Source: Paraspadella gotoi (lineage: Eukaryota > Animalia > Chaetognatha). Taken from it: DNA of 64,000 bases. The notes below the pieces were generated by a model that saw only the letters and a program-made list of their open reading frames with translations, made no database searches and had not been told where the DNA came from. Every line of letters begins with the position of its first letter. The stretch's first letter is position 1. The stretch is from NCBI GenBank assembly GCA_051294375.1, contig CM119269.1, positions 2,410,699-2,474,698 on the forward strand, read 5' to 3'. Both the position numbers and the translations under genes were made by a program. Positions 1 through 18,000 of the stretch are shown here, piece by piece.

Positions 1-24
1 GAGGAGAGGAGGAGAGAGGAAAAA

Positions 25-118
25 ATAAAACTCTTTTTTTCTCAATTTGCAGAGGCGAGTTCGCCGGAAAGGAGTATTAAGAAAAGAGAGAGGAGAACGA
101 GAGGAGAAGAGAGTACGA

Positions 119-149
<31 letters not shown>

Positions 150-367
150 AAACTCTTTTTTTTTCTCAATTTGCGAGGCGGAGATTCGCGAGGAAGGGAG
201 GATTAAAAGATGGAGAGATAGAAGAGGAGAAAGAGAGGGAGAGAGGAGAGAGAGAGAGAGTGGAGAGAGAGAGAGAGATGAGAGAGAGAAGAAAAAACTC
301 TTTTTTTTTCTCAATTTGCGAGGCGAGATTCGCTAGAGAAGGAGATTAAAGAGACGAGAGAGGAGAA

Positions 368-398
<31 letters not shown>

Positions 399-470
399 GA
401 GATGAGAGAGAGGAAAAACTCTTTTTTTCTCAATTTGCGAGGCGAGATTCGCTAGGAAGGAGGATTAAAA
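25..470. repeat. Tandem repeat, ~130-bp unit x ~4, with a GA-rich tail
   Basis: Motif aaactc(t)nctcaatttgcgaggcgagattcgc..gaaggaggattaa followed by (GA)n recurs at ~28, ~151, ~295 and ~416. Confidence 0.85.
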
Positions 471-575
471 GTTAATGCCCATCTGCCAGACGCCACTCTC
501 GCCACAAACTCGTCTTGCGTTGTTTCTGTCTCTCTTTTCCGTTTTTAATTATTTCGTTGGTTCAATCTTCTCTAT

Positions 576-713
<138 letters not shown>

Positions 714-759
714 CTCTCTTAGTTCCTCCCCTAATATCGCCTTCCCTTCCCTTGGGAGG

Positions 760-1985
760 AGAAGAAGAAGGAAAAGAGAGGAAGGGAGGAAGAAGAGTTT
801 ATAAAAGGAGGAAGTCCGTTCGCGGATTTTTTTTTCCCCATTTCGTTTACCGTCAAGAATTTAAAGGAATTTCGAATGAATCGTTCGACGTCATCGGCTC
901 CAGGTGCGCACCTGATCGTCACGTGACATCGACAGGTGCGAGCCGATCGCGGCACCTGCCGATGTCACGTGACGGAGACAGTCACGCCCTCGGATTTTGC
1001 TTTGAAACGCGACGGTTCTCGTTGTGCGCGCGAAGTTTACGACTTCAACAAAACAATGGATACCCTGAGGCCCCATGACGAAAAAAAAAGAGGGATGGAC
1101 CGAATGGTGAATTGGTTTCTCTCTCTCTCTCTCTCTCTCACTCTCTCTCTCTCTCTCTGTTTTTTACTTTCTTTTTTCACGAGAGGAAGTCAGACTGGGA
1201 TTTTTGGAGCGTAGAGACTGGGGATCTGAATGGAATATTTTCCATTTATTCTTCTGTATTCCTGTTCACGTTATTTTTTTAGTAAGTTGTGAAAAGAAGA
1301 AACCACCGGTAAAAACGCCTATTCGTTATTCGCGAGGCTTGGCTGGTCCAAGTAAAAGCCTCAGCTTTTGCTTAAATAGAATCGGCGATGAAGGTAGTAG
1401 CCAAACACCTTACTAAAGAAAATAACTTGAACAGGAAACAGAAAACATTAAATGGAAAAATATTCCATTCAGTCCAGTCTTGCAGCTCAAAAAATCCCCA
1501 GTCTGACTTCCTCTCGTGAAAAAAGAAAGTAAAACAGAGAGAGAGATGAGAGAGAGATGAGTAGAGAGAAGAGGGGAAAAAGGAGAAAGGGAAGGTAGAA
1601 GAGAGAGAACAATTCACCTATTCGCGTCCATCCCCTCGTTTTTTTTGTCACTGCGGCGCTCAGGGTATCCATTGTGTTTGTTGAGATAGTCTGCTACATT
1701 CGCGGCGGCACAACGAGAACCTGTCGCCGTTTCAAAGCAAAATCCCGAGGGCGGACTGTCTCCGTCACGTCATCGCCAGGTGGTGCCGCATCGGCTCGCA
1801 CACTGTCGTGTCACGTACGATTCAGTGCGCACCTGGAGCGATGACGATCGAACGAATTCATTCGAAATTCCTTTAAATCTTGACGGTAAACGGAAATGGG
1901 TGGAAAAAAGAAATCCGCGAACGGACTTCCCCTTTATAAAGCTCTCTGTCCCCTTCCTACTCTTTTGCTTCATTCTTCTCCTCCT
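760..1985. repeat. Palindrome 1: inverted arms ~760-1291 and ~1406-1985 around a ~114-nt spacer
   Basis: ggaagtccgttcgcggatt..tttaccgtcaagaatttaaaggaatttcgaatgaa (~810-880) is the reverse complement of ~1855-1930; gagaggaagtcagactggg (1181) pairs with cccagtctgacttcctctc (~1497). Confidence 0.9.
1292..1405. other. Palindrome-centre spacer, copy 1 (shared with 4795-4897)
   Basis: aagaaaccaccggtaaaaacgcct..aggcttggctgg..aaaagcctcagcttttgcttaaatagaatcggcg..gaaggtagtagccaaaca. Confidence 0.9.
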
Positions 1986-3378
1986 TGCCGCTTTCCTTCT
2001 GCTGTCCCTCCTGATCCTCCTTCTTTATAAACTTCCTCTTCCCGACTTTCCTTCTGTCTCTCGCTCTCTTTCTCTTCTCTTCTCCTTCTCTCCCTTTTTC
2101 CTCCTTTACCACACACCTCTTTCTCTTCCCTCCCTCTGTCTCACTTTTCCTTCTTCTTCTCCTCTCCTTCTGCCCTTCCTCTTTTCCTCTCTTCTCGCTA
2201 CCAGTTACTTCCGTTGTTATAGTATACTTGTAGATGTGACCACAAAAGCGTCAACGGAAGTGGCGACTGTCCGTATCGCGTGGCGTCTGGCGTCTATGAT
2301 TGTTTATTTTTTTTATTTTTTTTTTTTAATGTTTGTTTTTTACAAGCTCTTGCCTTCTCTCTTTTCCTTCTTCTTTCTCCCCTTCTCCTCTTACTCCACC
2401 CGCCCCCAAGTTGCCCGATATATATCTTGAGTCGCTTAGGGGATCAGAGTCACGAAGCTAACTCTCTTCCCTCTTGATGTGACCGCTCAGCAATTTGCAT
2501 CGGCGCCCCATCATCGCTCGCCGCCAAACCCGCTACCTAATCCACGCCCTACTACTCCTTGGGCCGCCTCAGCAGTCCCCCCCTTGTTCCTTCGACTCCC
2601 GAGGCCCTTGTGCCCTGGCCCCCACAAAACCGGCTTCAAGGAGTTTCGACCCTCTGCCCAATTTCATGCGACGAACTTCCTCTCCTCAAAAATTTTTTTA
2701 TCACACGAATGAAACGATGCTCTCCATTCATTTCGCATTCTTTCGTTCAATCTTGCTTAGCTTATTTCTTTTTTCTCAAATTTGAAATTTCTCGTTATTG
2801 TCTGGGTGGTCTCCTCTCTCGGTCTCTCCTCTCTTTCTCTTTCTCTCCCTCCTTCTCTCTCTCTCTCTCTCTAAAATCTCTCCTTCCTATCTTCCTTTTT
2901 TACCTCTTCTCTCGACCGAATACTCTTCGCTATTACTTTAATCTCTCCCTCTCTCCCTCTTCTATCTCTGCTCTTCTCGTTCCCTCTCGTCTCCCCTCTT
3001 TGCTCTCTCCTCTCCTCTCGATTGATTCAAAACGAAATGGCGTCAGCAACAATCAGAACAAAGACAAGGAGATAGACAAAAACCAAAATAAATAAGAAAT
3101 TAGCATATTTGACTACTTTGCAGGAGATATAGTGGTGTATAATGTTAAAATAAAAAAAACAGACAAGAGAGCGCCCCTCCCTGCCTACCCGGCCGCCGCC
3201 CCTTTATTCGAGCGAATTCCCCTTTCTTTTTTTCTTCCACTTGTTCTTTTTCTTCTTCTTTCCACTCTCCTTTCTTCGTCATGCGCTTTTTCGATGCTAG
3301 TATCGATCCGTCGTCCATCGCAAAAATGACGAACGGAACAAATATTCTCAAAGTCGTCTTTTGACCACGTACTTCTTC

Positions 3379-3403
3379 NNNNNNNNNNNNNNNNNNNNNN
3401 NNN
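3379..3403. other. Assembly gap of exactly 25 N
   Basis: Counted 25 N; the same size occurs at 18427-18451 and 41084-41108. Confidence 0.95.
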
Positions 3404-3459
3404 CAAGACATATCTTTCTCCTCTCTCTCTCCTTCTGAGTGCAGATCGGGAAAAAGACT

Positions 3460-5760
3460 TTAGACGGGAAGAAGAGACGAAGAATATTCCCTAGTGTTTA
3501 ATAGAAAATCAAAAAAAAATAGTGTTAATCTAACAAGCAACCAGAAAGAAATTAATAAATAGCCGTTATAAACAAAAAAAAAAACACAGTTATGTGTTTT
3601 TGTGGGATCTTGAGAAATGCAAAAAAAAAAGAAAAAGGAAACGAAGAAAAGCAACTGGTCAGTGAAAAAAAAATTAGATAAAATGCTCGTGACTTTTCCA
3701 TCGTTTGTTCTACCAACTGTATTTATCTACCAATTTCTTCTGGCAATCGTGCATGTTTGCAATTTAAGTAGTCAGATTTGATATGGAGACTTATATGAGG
3801 AAAAAACGGTATTCAATTTGTTGTTGTTTTTAAGCGAGGATTTTCGCCTAAATAATAGCACAATTGGAAGTAAGAGCGGCGTGGAGTTTTTAAGAACGCT
3901 TTAAAAAAAAATCGTCTCTCGTCTCTCTCTCTTCTCTCTCTCTCTTTCTCTCTCGGAGACGGGAATGACTCCCACGCCCCAGGCCCATTGAGGGTGGGTA
4001 GACAAGTAATCCACCGCCCACGCCACCTGCCTCTACTTGGGCGAATCGCCTACCGAACCAAGGAAAAGCCGGTGAGGTGAACAAGGATCATCCAATGAAA
4101 TGTTGGTTTCCGCTGTCCATTGGTATGATTGCAACACAGCGAAGTGACTAGAAAGAAATCCGTGCACATGGATCCTGCAGGACATACAATCGGAAGCCAA
4201 CAATTATAAAAAAAGAAGGAAGGAATATGTTGTAAAATAATGGAGATCCTAATAGATAAAATCAACGAAAAAAATAATGAAAATAAGTTCTCGAGTGAAA
4301 GTAGAGAGAGACGTTCGATGCGCAAAAGAAATCGAATGAAAAATCACGGCGAGAGATAACACAACACGTGGTAGATGTGACAAAAATAAGGAGGAAAAAA
4401 AATAACCAGGCCGAGGGAAAACACGGATGAATCGATCAAAAGTATAGATAAATTTTTACCGTAAAACCTTTCGCCATAATGAGTTTTAAAACAGGATTCC
4501 TAATTTAGGAAACAAAGTTACTTTAAAAGAATAGAATAGTGTAATATTTACTCCTTTTACCATAATAAAACTGAAAAGAAAAAAATGCGTACGGACAGGC
4601 GGTTTCTAGTCAGTGTGACGCCTTAGGCGAAGTCTGAAGAAGAATGTAGCCCCAAAGTCGCCAACAGCGAAGGCGACAGAAAGGAAGGAAACGGGACAAA
4701 GGGAAAGTAGAAGAAAAAGAGAAAATATTAATCAGACAAAAGACCAATTCTGTCTGGAGAGAAATTAAATTAGAAAAGCAAAAGAATGAGCGAAACAAGA
4801 AACCACCGTAAAAACGCCTTTCGGGATTCGCAGGCTTGGCTGGCGAAAAAGCTTCAGCTTTTCTTAAAAGAATGGCGGAAGGTAGGAGCCAAACAACTTC
4901 GCTCTTCTTTTGCTTTTCTAATTTAATTTCCTCTCCACAGAATTGGTCTTTTGTTCGATTAATTTTTCTCTTTTCTCACTTTCCTTTGTCCCGTTTCCTT
5001 TCCTGTCCGCTTCGCTTGCGTAACTTTGGCTCATTCTTCTTCAGACTCGCCTAAGCGTCACACTGACTGAAACCCTTCCGTACAGTTTTTTTTCTTTTCA
5101 GTTTTTATTATGGTAAAAGGGAAATAATATTACATATTCTATTCTTTTAGTAACTTTTTTCCTAAATTTAGAATCCTGTTTTAAAACTAATTATAAAGTT
5201 TTAGGTAAACATTCATTATACTTTGATGATTCACGTGTTTTTACTCGGCCACTGGTTATTTTTTTTCCTCCTTTTTTTGTCACTCTACCACTTTGTCTTC
5301 TCGCCGTGAGTTTCTGACTTTCTTTTCTCGACACCTCTCTCCTTTCGCTCGAGACGTTTTCATTATTCAGTTGATTTTATTATTAGGTCTCCATTTTTAC
5401 ACATTTCTCCTTCTTTTTAAATTTTGGCTCGTTGTGACTTTCGAGGTTTTTTTTTGTAGACTGTTACTGATTTTTTAAACGTTTTACTCGCTCCTCCAAT
5501 GTGCTATTATTTAGACGAGAATCTCGCTTAAAGAACAAAATTCAACAGTTTTCTCATATAGAGTTCCATTCAAATCTGACTCCTTAAATTGCAAACACGA
5601 TTGCCAGAAATTCGGGTAGAAAACAGTTGTAAAAACGCACGATTTATCTATTTTTTTTCTACCAGTTGCTTTTCCTTTCTTTTTTGCATTCCAACTTGTT
5701 TTTTTTTTTTACTTTTCTTTTACTATTTTTTTTTCTTTAAAGTTCTTCTTTCCTCTCTTT
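3460..5760. repeat. Palindrome 2: inverted arms ~3460-4794 and ~4898-5760 around a ~103-nt spacer
   Basis: gaaattaaattagaaaagcaaaagaa (4761) pairs with ttcttttgcttttctaatttaatttc (~4905); cagtgtgacgccttaggcga (4611) pairs with tcgcctaagcgtcacactg (~5047); 3700-3890 pairs with 5480-5645. Confidence 0.88.
4795..4897. other. Palindrome-centre spacer, copy 2 (shared with 1292-1405)
   Basis: aagaaaccaccgtaaaaacgcct..aggcttggctgg..aaaagcttcagcttttcttaaaagaatggcggaaggtaggagccaaaca. Confidence 0.9.
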
Positions 5761-5820
5761 TCCCAAAAGATGCATAAACGAGTCTGCGTCGAAACGCCGA
5801 CGTGGTGAAGGTCAAATAAC

Positions 5821-5886
<66 letters not shown>

Positions 5887-5890
5887 CTGG

Positions 5891-11414
<5,524 letters not shown>

Positions 11415-12349
11415 GTCGTTTTTTTCGCGCCATTTGACGTCAAAGTGTTTCCCCCTCGCGACGCGCGACACCCGTCCTTCGATTTTAAACGATTCGACAA
11501 AAAAAAAAAGTCGAAAAAAAACACACCAAACAAACGAGGTAAACAAACAAAACAAGCTTTGTATTTTACCTGCGGAAAAATTGTTAAAGTCGAGTTGAGT
11601 CGTTGGCGAGACGATTTCGTCGTCGTCGTCGTCGTCGTCGTCGATTCCACGCCACTGAGGACGAAAGAGTATTTTCGGGAATTGTTATGCATAAATAAAT
11701 AGAGAAAGTAGCGGTGCCGAGAGGACATGCATATTTGATTCATGAATATCCAACCCTCCTTGTTCTTTTGATGCAAGGGGGGTTGGAGCCCGGAGAGAGA
11801 TCGGATTTCCGTATCGGGTTACAACCTACGACCGCTCTTTTTCCTCTTTCCTATTTTACCTTTCCTTTCTTTCTTACTTTTCAAGTATCTCCCATTAAAT
11901 CTCTTTTTCTTTCTCGCAAGAAAGTTGGAACCGAACTTGAAATCCTCGTCGTGGCGACGAAAAAAAGATATGTTCCACTCGTCTCGGCAGCGACCGACGA
12001 CCGACAGACCGACAGACCGCCTCTCAACACTGACAGACCGACTCAGGAACGAGCTATAAATACGACGACCTCTTCACTTTTTTTCCCCTCCTTCATTTTT
12101 TTTTTTTTCCTTTTTCCATTTCTATTACCTATTTTTCGTCCACTTATGACGTTTATTTTTTCTTTCTTAATTTTTTTTTTCTTAGTCTACAATAGATTCT
12201 TTTGTCAGTTTTCGTTCATTCTTCATTTTATTTTATGGATGGAAGAATTTCTTTTACTTGCACATTTTAGACCCATTCGAAATTTATTCTTTACCATGAG
12301 AATTGGTACAACCATATAAAAATTAGCCATTAGTTTAATAAATAAACTA

Positions 12350-12560
12350 TTTGCCCCTGACTTTGGACAGGCTTTGGTGGTTTAAGCATAATGAGATACA
12401 GATAATGAAATAGCAGTCCCCCGCATGACTTTCAATCAAGACTCTCTCACAGGCTCGTTTATTCACTCCGGAGTACTGGCTTCCCTAATCAGGAAGTGTA
12501 TAATATTTCAAGCATGTTTCATTTTTATGAAAAGACCAGTCCTTAAGTATTAATCGAGAA
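12350..12560. repeat. Dispersed ~200-bp repeat (also ~59865-60110, and inverted at ~25770-25975)
   Basis: ttggacaggctttggtggttta, gataatga.atagcag and ctcgtttattcactcc..gtactggcttcc shared with 59877-60016. Confidence 0.75.
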
Positions 12561-12574
12561 TACGGCATATAATT

Positions 12575-12885
12575 TCCATCTGCATTTTTAATTATCCAAT
12601 TTTTCATCTCATTTTAAATCTCCCAATTTTCATCTCATTTTTAATCATCTCCAACTTTCATCTTCATTTAAATCATCCCAATTTTCATCTTCATTTAAAT
12701 CATCCAATTTCGTCTTCATTTTAAATCATCCCAATTTTCATCTTCATTTTTAATCATCCCAATTTTCATTCTCATTTTAAATCATCCAAATTTTCATCTT
12801 CATTTTAAATCATCCCAATTTTCATCTTCATTTAAATCATCACCAATTTTCATCTTTCTTTTAAATAATTCCCAATTTCAATTCT
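12575..12885 (-). repeat. 28-bp minisatellite, inverted copy of 25419-25735
   Basis: Unit catcttcattttaaatcatcccaatttt. Confidence 0.9.
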
Positions 12886-14774
12886 CTCTTCCTTCTCTGT
12901 ATCAATTCTCCGAATTCACGCACACTTGTCTCTTCAGCACGACCTCTCCTTTTCCTCTTCACTTCCTTTGATCCTTGATCCATGAATGTGTCTTAAAAAC
13001 ATTAAACGATTAACAGAATATAAATCCCGGTTGTTTTTTTTTTCGCCGCGATCCCGACTCCCCTCCCCACCAGCCCTCTCACTCACCCGGCCCCACTCCC
13101 CAGTCCCAGTCCCCAACCCGTTCCCTTCCCTTCCTTACATCGACGCGTTTTCCACGAAAATCCATTCCGTCGATTTATTCGTTGGCCATCTCCGTTGCCA
13201 TCGTCGTTGCCATCGTCGTCGATGTTTGGAGGCTGAGCTTCTGCCATTGACAAGGGTTTCGTACTCGACCATCCTTCAGTCGTTCGTCGTCCGTCGCTCT
13301 TAGTCGTCGAAGACCCCCGTCGCCGGCGAGGTCGACGAACGCTGTCGTTTTCGCGGCGCCGGATGTCGAAGTTGTCCTCGCCACTCCCGATTAGTCGGGC
13401 GACGTCTCGCTTCCGTGCGACGATGACGTACGACGACGACGACGACTTCGTCTCCCCTTCTGTATCGAAACAAGACTAAACCGTCGCCGAAACTCTTGAC
13501 CGTAAAAAAATCGAACTTCTGAGAAAGAAAGAATTCCCTTGTTGACGCGGAAGCTTTCTCTTAACAGTTAACCACTGTGTCGTCAACTGGATCAGAGGGC
13601 ACTGTGCACAGTGTGCAGTGTCTCGTCGAACCGTGAGATAGTCTTTTCACGCTGATTATTAGAATTATTTAAAATTTAAATTATATTCTAATGTTTAACA
13701 ATGAATTTTTTCGAAACCCGAGCAATGCCGCAAATATATTGAGGCCGGTTTTGCGAGTTATTTAAATTTATTTAAATAGTTTCCATGTCAGTATGAAATT
13801 CTGCGTAAGACTGTTGATATAAATAAAATCTTTTCGCGCGGGGGCTGTGCAAAGTTGTGAGTCATTCAAAGAGCTCCTATGGTTAGCTCCTTTCTACAAC
13901 GCCAACGATTTCAAAGTTAACTCTATTGGCAATCGAGCAAGATTTCAAGAAATCGTTTCAAAGCTGTTGGACAAATAGGTATTGCAAACACATCAGTAAA
14001 TGAAAAAAAAGAAGAAAAAGAATGCGAAGGAAAGAAAGAAAAAGTGGTTTAACGAGGCAGAGGGAGGACATCTCGGTGAGGGAAAGAGAAAGAAGGGCAG
14101 TACGGGGGGAGGAAATAAAGGAGCAAGGGATAAAAGGAGGAAAGGTCTGGAAAATAAATGAAAAAGAAAAAATGAAATAAGACGATGTTTCATTCCAATA
14201 AGTCATTTGAGGATATATGTTTTAAGAAATACATTAAAAGTTTTGTATCTTTGTTTTAATATCCTTCTTCATTTTTTCGTTATAGAAAGAAAAAAGAAAT
14301 AAATAAATAAATAAATGAAAAGAATAAATAAATAAATAATAAATAATATAAATAAATAAATAAATAAATAAATAATAAATAATAAATATAAATAAATATA
14401 AATAAATAAATAATAAATAAAAAAAAAAATAATAAAGAAAGAAAGAAAGCGTTAGACTAAGAGAGAGTATGGAGCCAATATATTCTTTTCTTCCCTATTC
14501 CTTCTTTGCTTCTTTGCCCAATCGTGTCCGATTTCACTTGCAAATCAAGTCGAAGCGTTTCTCTCTCTCTCTCTTTCTTTTTTTTTTTTTTACGGATTCA
14601 CAAAAGAAGAAAATTTTTTTTTCCTTTCCATTCACGTTTTATCTGTCCCGGCGCAGTCGAGCATTGTACGAGCGTAACAGGTACCGAGCGAGAGAGAGAG
14701 AGAGAGAGAGCCGCAGAGAGAGACGAGAGAGAGAGATGACGAGACAGGAGAGGAGAGAGAGAGAGAGAGAGAGA

Positions 14775-15004
14775 TGTATTAGATTGTATTTGATTTATTA
14801 TGCTCAAAATGTGAAAATTTAACACAGTAACAATGCAATGTTAATGAGCTGTACATATATATGTATGTTACACATTTTAAAGATAGCATATATATATACA
14901 TAATTTATCAAATTTCTAGTGTTTACACATAGATCCGTTCCTTTGTTTTACGTTCCACCACTCTCTATAGAGGAGAGAGAGAGAGAGAGAGAGAAGAGAG
15001 AAGA

Positions 15005-15037
<33 letters not shown>

Positions 15038-18000
15038 GATAGAGAGAGAAGAGATAATATTGATTACAATGAACAGCGCTGCCGCCTTCCCTTAATCGGC
15101 GCGATGTATAAATGAATAGAATGTTAAAACAAAATGGGAGATGAAGATCGAAATCATTTCCTTTCGCAACTGAACTTTTTTTCATTTTGACATCCGGACG
15201 TTCTGTAAACAACCTTGGCTTTTTTTTTAGCTGTGATCATTTGCTGTCCGCTCGAAAATCATAAAGAAACTTTTTTTTTACTTTTTTTCCCCATCTTTTA
15301 GTGCTATTAGTGACATTAGTCTTGCTCATATCATTTATTGTTTAAATGTCATATTGTAAAACCAAATCCATATAGTCGATTCCCGAACCTTTTTATCATA
15401 AATATTTATATTTTTGAGAGAGAGAATGACTGGAATAATGTAAATCTTAAGTTACGTTTAAATTTGGCCCATGGGTTTAGAAGAAATCGACTCCAAAAAC
15501 AACCAAAAATCCTCTCCCTTTTTTCAATCATTTCTCGCTTTTAAGATTTCGCCGATTCTGACTTCCTCTTACGAACTTATAATTCCGTAGTCAATTTTTT
15601 TTTTCTTTAAACGAGCGAAGGGAATCCAACTTCTGTTATTTATGATTTCTGGGTAAAAATATATAAATTACATTAAACATTGGATTATATGAAAGTGTAA
15701 TATCTTTATGAAGCCTGTGAGAGTTAAATAATTAAAAAAATCGCTTATTTTATTATTGAAAAATAACATCAAAGTGAAGAAGTTGAATGTCTTCCAGCTC
15801 CTTTCAGTAAACATCCCTGTTTCTCTTCATAGTAGATAATGTTTTACCTTTTTGCTGGTGGAAAAGAAGGATAAATACTTAGGACTTGTGATCGGGTCAA
15901 TAATTATTTTGTAGAATTTTGTAAGCATGCTTGTAAATCAGACAAGCAAATATTTAAGTGACAAAAATTCACATTTTCTTTATCAAAAAACTTTAAAGTT
16001 TTACTATGATGACAATTTAGCCTTTTTTCTTTCAGAATCATTAAAAATAATTTAATTTTCATTCTATTCTTATGCGTGTCATTAGTTTTAAAATTCATTA
16101 TAATTGGTTGACTTAGTTTGACACTTACCCTGTAAGGAGGTTTCAGTATAAGTAATTCTAAATTGTATCTTGTAAGTGCCCTATGATTATGGCTTATTTT
16201 GGTACTATTGCATCCCTTTACTTTCTTTCCTTCAAAAGATATTAGGAAAAATCAGTTTTTTTCTCAACCTTCCTTTAATTTCTTTTTAAATAAAAATTTC
16301 GCGATTCAAACCAGACTATTTCATTTAAACCTGATCATTTTATGTCAAAATCATTATAAAATGAAAAAAGAAACAATAGGACAAGCTATTCAGACACAAA
16401 GCTATGGAATCGCGAAACTTCGAAGTCTCCTCATGTAACAGAACATATAGCAATCCCGTTTGCAATTTCAGTTTGTAAACTTTCCCTTTCATTTCTATAG
16501 TAAAAAAGAGGTTTTGAAAATTCTCTGACTATGAGGAGTGCATTTCCCGGCTTGTTGATATCAAATCCTTCATCAAATGTGAAAAAACGAATAGGACAAG
16601 CTCTTCAGATGTAACGCTATCGGAATCCTGCGTTTTTTACAACTGATTTCTACCCGGATTTTGGCAATCGCGTTTTGCAATTTGGTAGTCAGATTTTGAA
16701 CGGAAATCTCTATAAGAAAAATGTTGAATCTTTTGTTAAATCGAGATTCTCGTCTACATATTGTTTCAAATCGTTTAATCTCTCTTATTGTCTTAATTGT
16801 CAAATTGTCTCTTTTATTTCAGAAAAAAAAAAATCTTTAAACTTCGTTTAAACTCTGTTTAGAGCTTTCACTTTTATATTTAATGTTTTAATCCTTTTTC
16901 GTTCATCGCCACCTTTGCTTTTCTCGACTTTTTAATCAAATTGTTCTATTTTTTCTTAAGTTTTAATCTTCTTATTTTAATCTTTTTTTATTTTTTTGGT
17001 TTTCGCTTTCCTCATTTTTTAAACATTGGATCCAGTTCTCCTCAGCTTTTTAATCTCGGCTCCTTTACTCTCTTCCCTTCTAAAAAGAAAAAAACGGGCG
17101 CCTCGCATTCATTTGTAAATCGACTCAATCGGACGGCGACAACGGCGCGGTCGCGTCGCCATAGTGACCGCTCCAGCGCCACGCTGCCCCGGCTGACCCT
17201 CGCCGTTGCGACGCCGCAATCAGCAATCTGCAATCAGCAATCAGCAATAAAAATGGCAAAAAATACAAAATAAGAAAAATAATATTACATAAATTGAAAG
17301 AAGATAAAAAATATATTGATATAAAGAAGGAAAAACAAGATGAACAACAAACAAACTTCAATGAAAAAGAGAGAAAGTCAATTTTCAATCTTCTCTCTCT
17401 ATCTCTCTTCTATCTCTTTCTATCTCTTCTATCTCTCTTCCATCTCTTCGCCTCTACTTCGTTTGAACAAAAGTGTCAGAAGACAAGAGAAACGACACTT
17501 GCCCCAAACCTCTCGCCAACCTGCATCTAATTCTAACCCCTCCAAGGGTCCAACTTCTCCTCGGCCCCCTTCAGACCATCTTCAACCCACCTTCCTCTCG
17601 ATTCCCCAAAGTCGTCGTTGGGTTCGTTCAGGAGGTCGAGTTTGTCCAGCACGTGCGAAGGACAACCGGTTCCTGCGTCCGTCTCTTGACGTGCTGACTC
17701 GGACTCGAGAGTTCGCGGAAACTAAGGCGTCCCTAGGTCGTCCCATTTCGGACTGGATTGAATGGCACACTGCGTATTTAATCAACGCCAGGATGGCTTT
17801 TGAAGAGAAAATACATTAAATAAAATCCCCTATTCGTGGTTCCACATGGTAGTGACTAATGAAGCGACGCCCCGACAATTGTCGACGCCGCTAGCAAGAA
17901 ACGACGGTGATAAAAACAAACGAATACGTCGAATACGGACGAAATAAAAGATCAGAAAATATATATTATATCTATACTAAACTTTTATAGGAAGGAATCT

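Larger units (their letters stand above)
11411..14690 (-). repeat. Block C, inverted duplicate of 23635-26928
   Basis: cttagtcgtttttttcgcgccatttgacgtcaaag (11411) is the reverse complement of ~26894-26928; ttgtacgagcgtaac (~14664) is the reverse complement of gttacgctcgtacaa (~23645). Confidence 0.93.

Noticed and set aside
1985-3378. Apparently unique pyrimidine-rich sequence with several ORFs
   Set aside because: It looks like low-quality read tail between palindrome 1 and a 25-N gap; no recognisable motifs.
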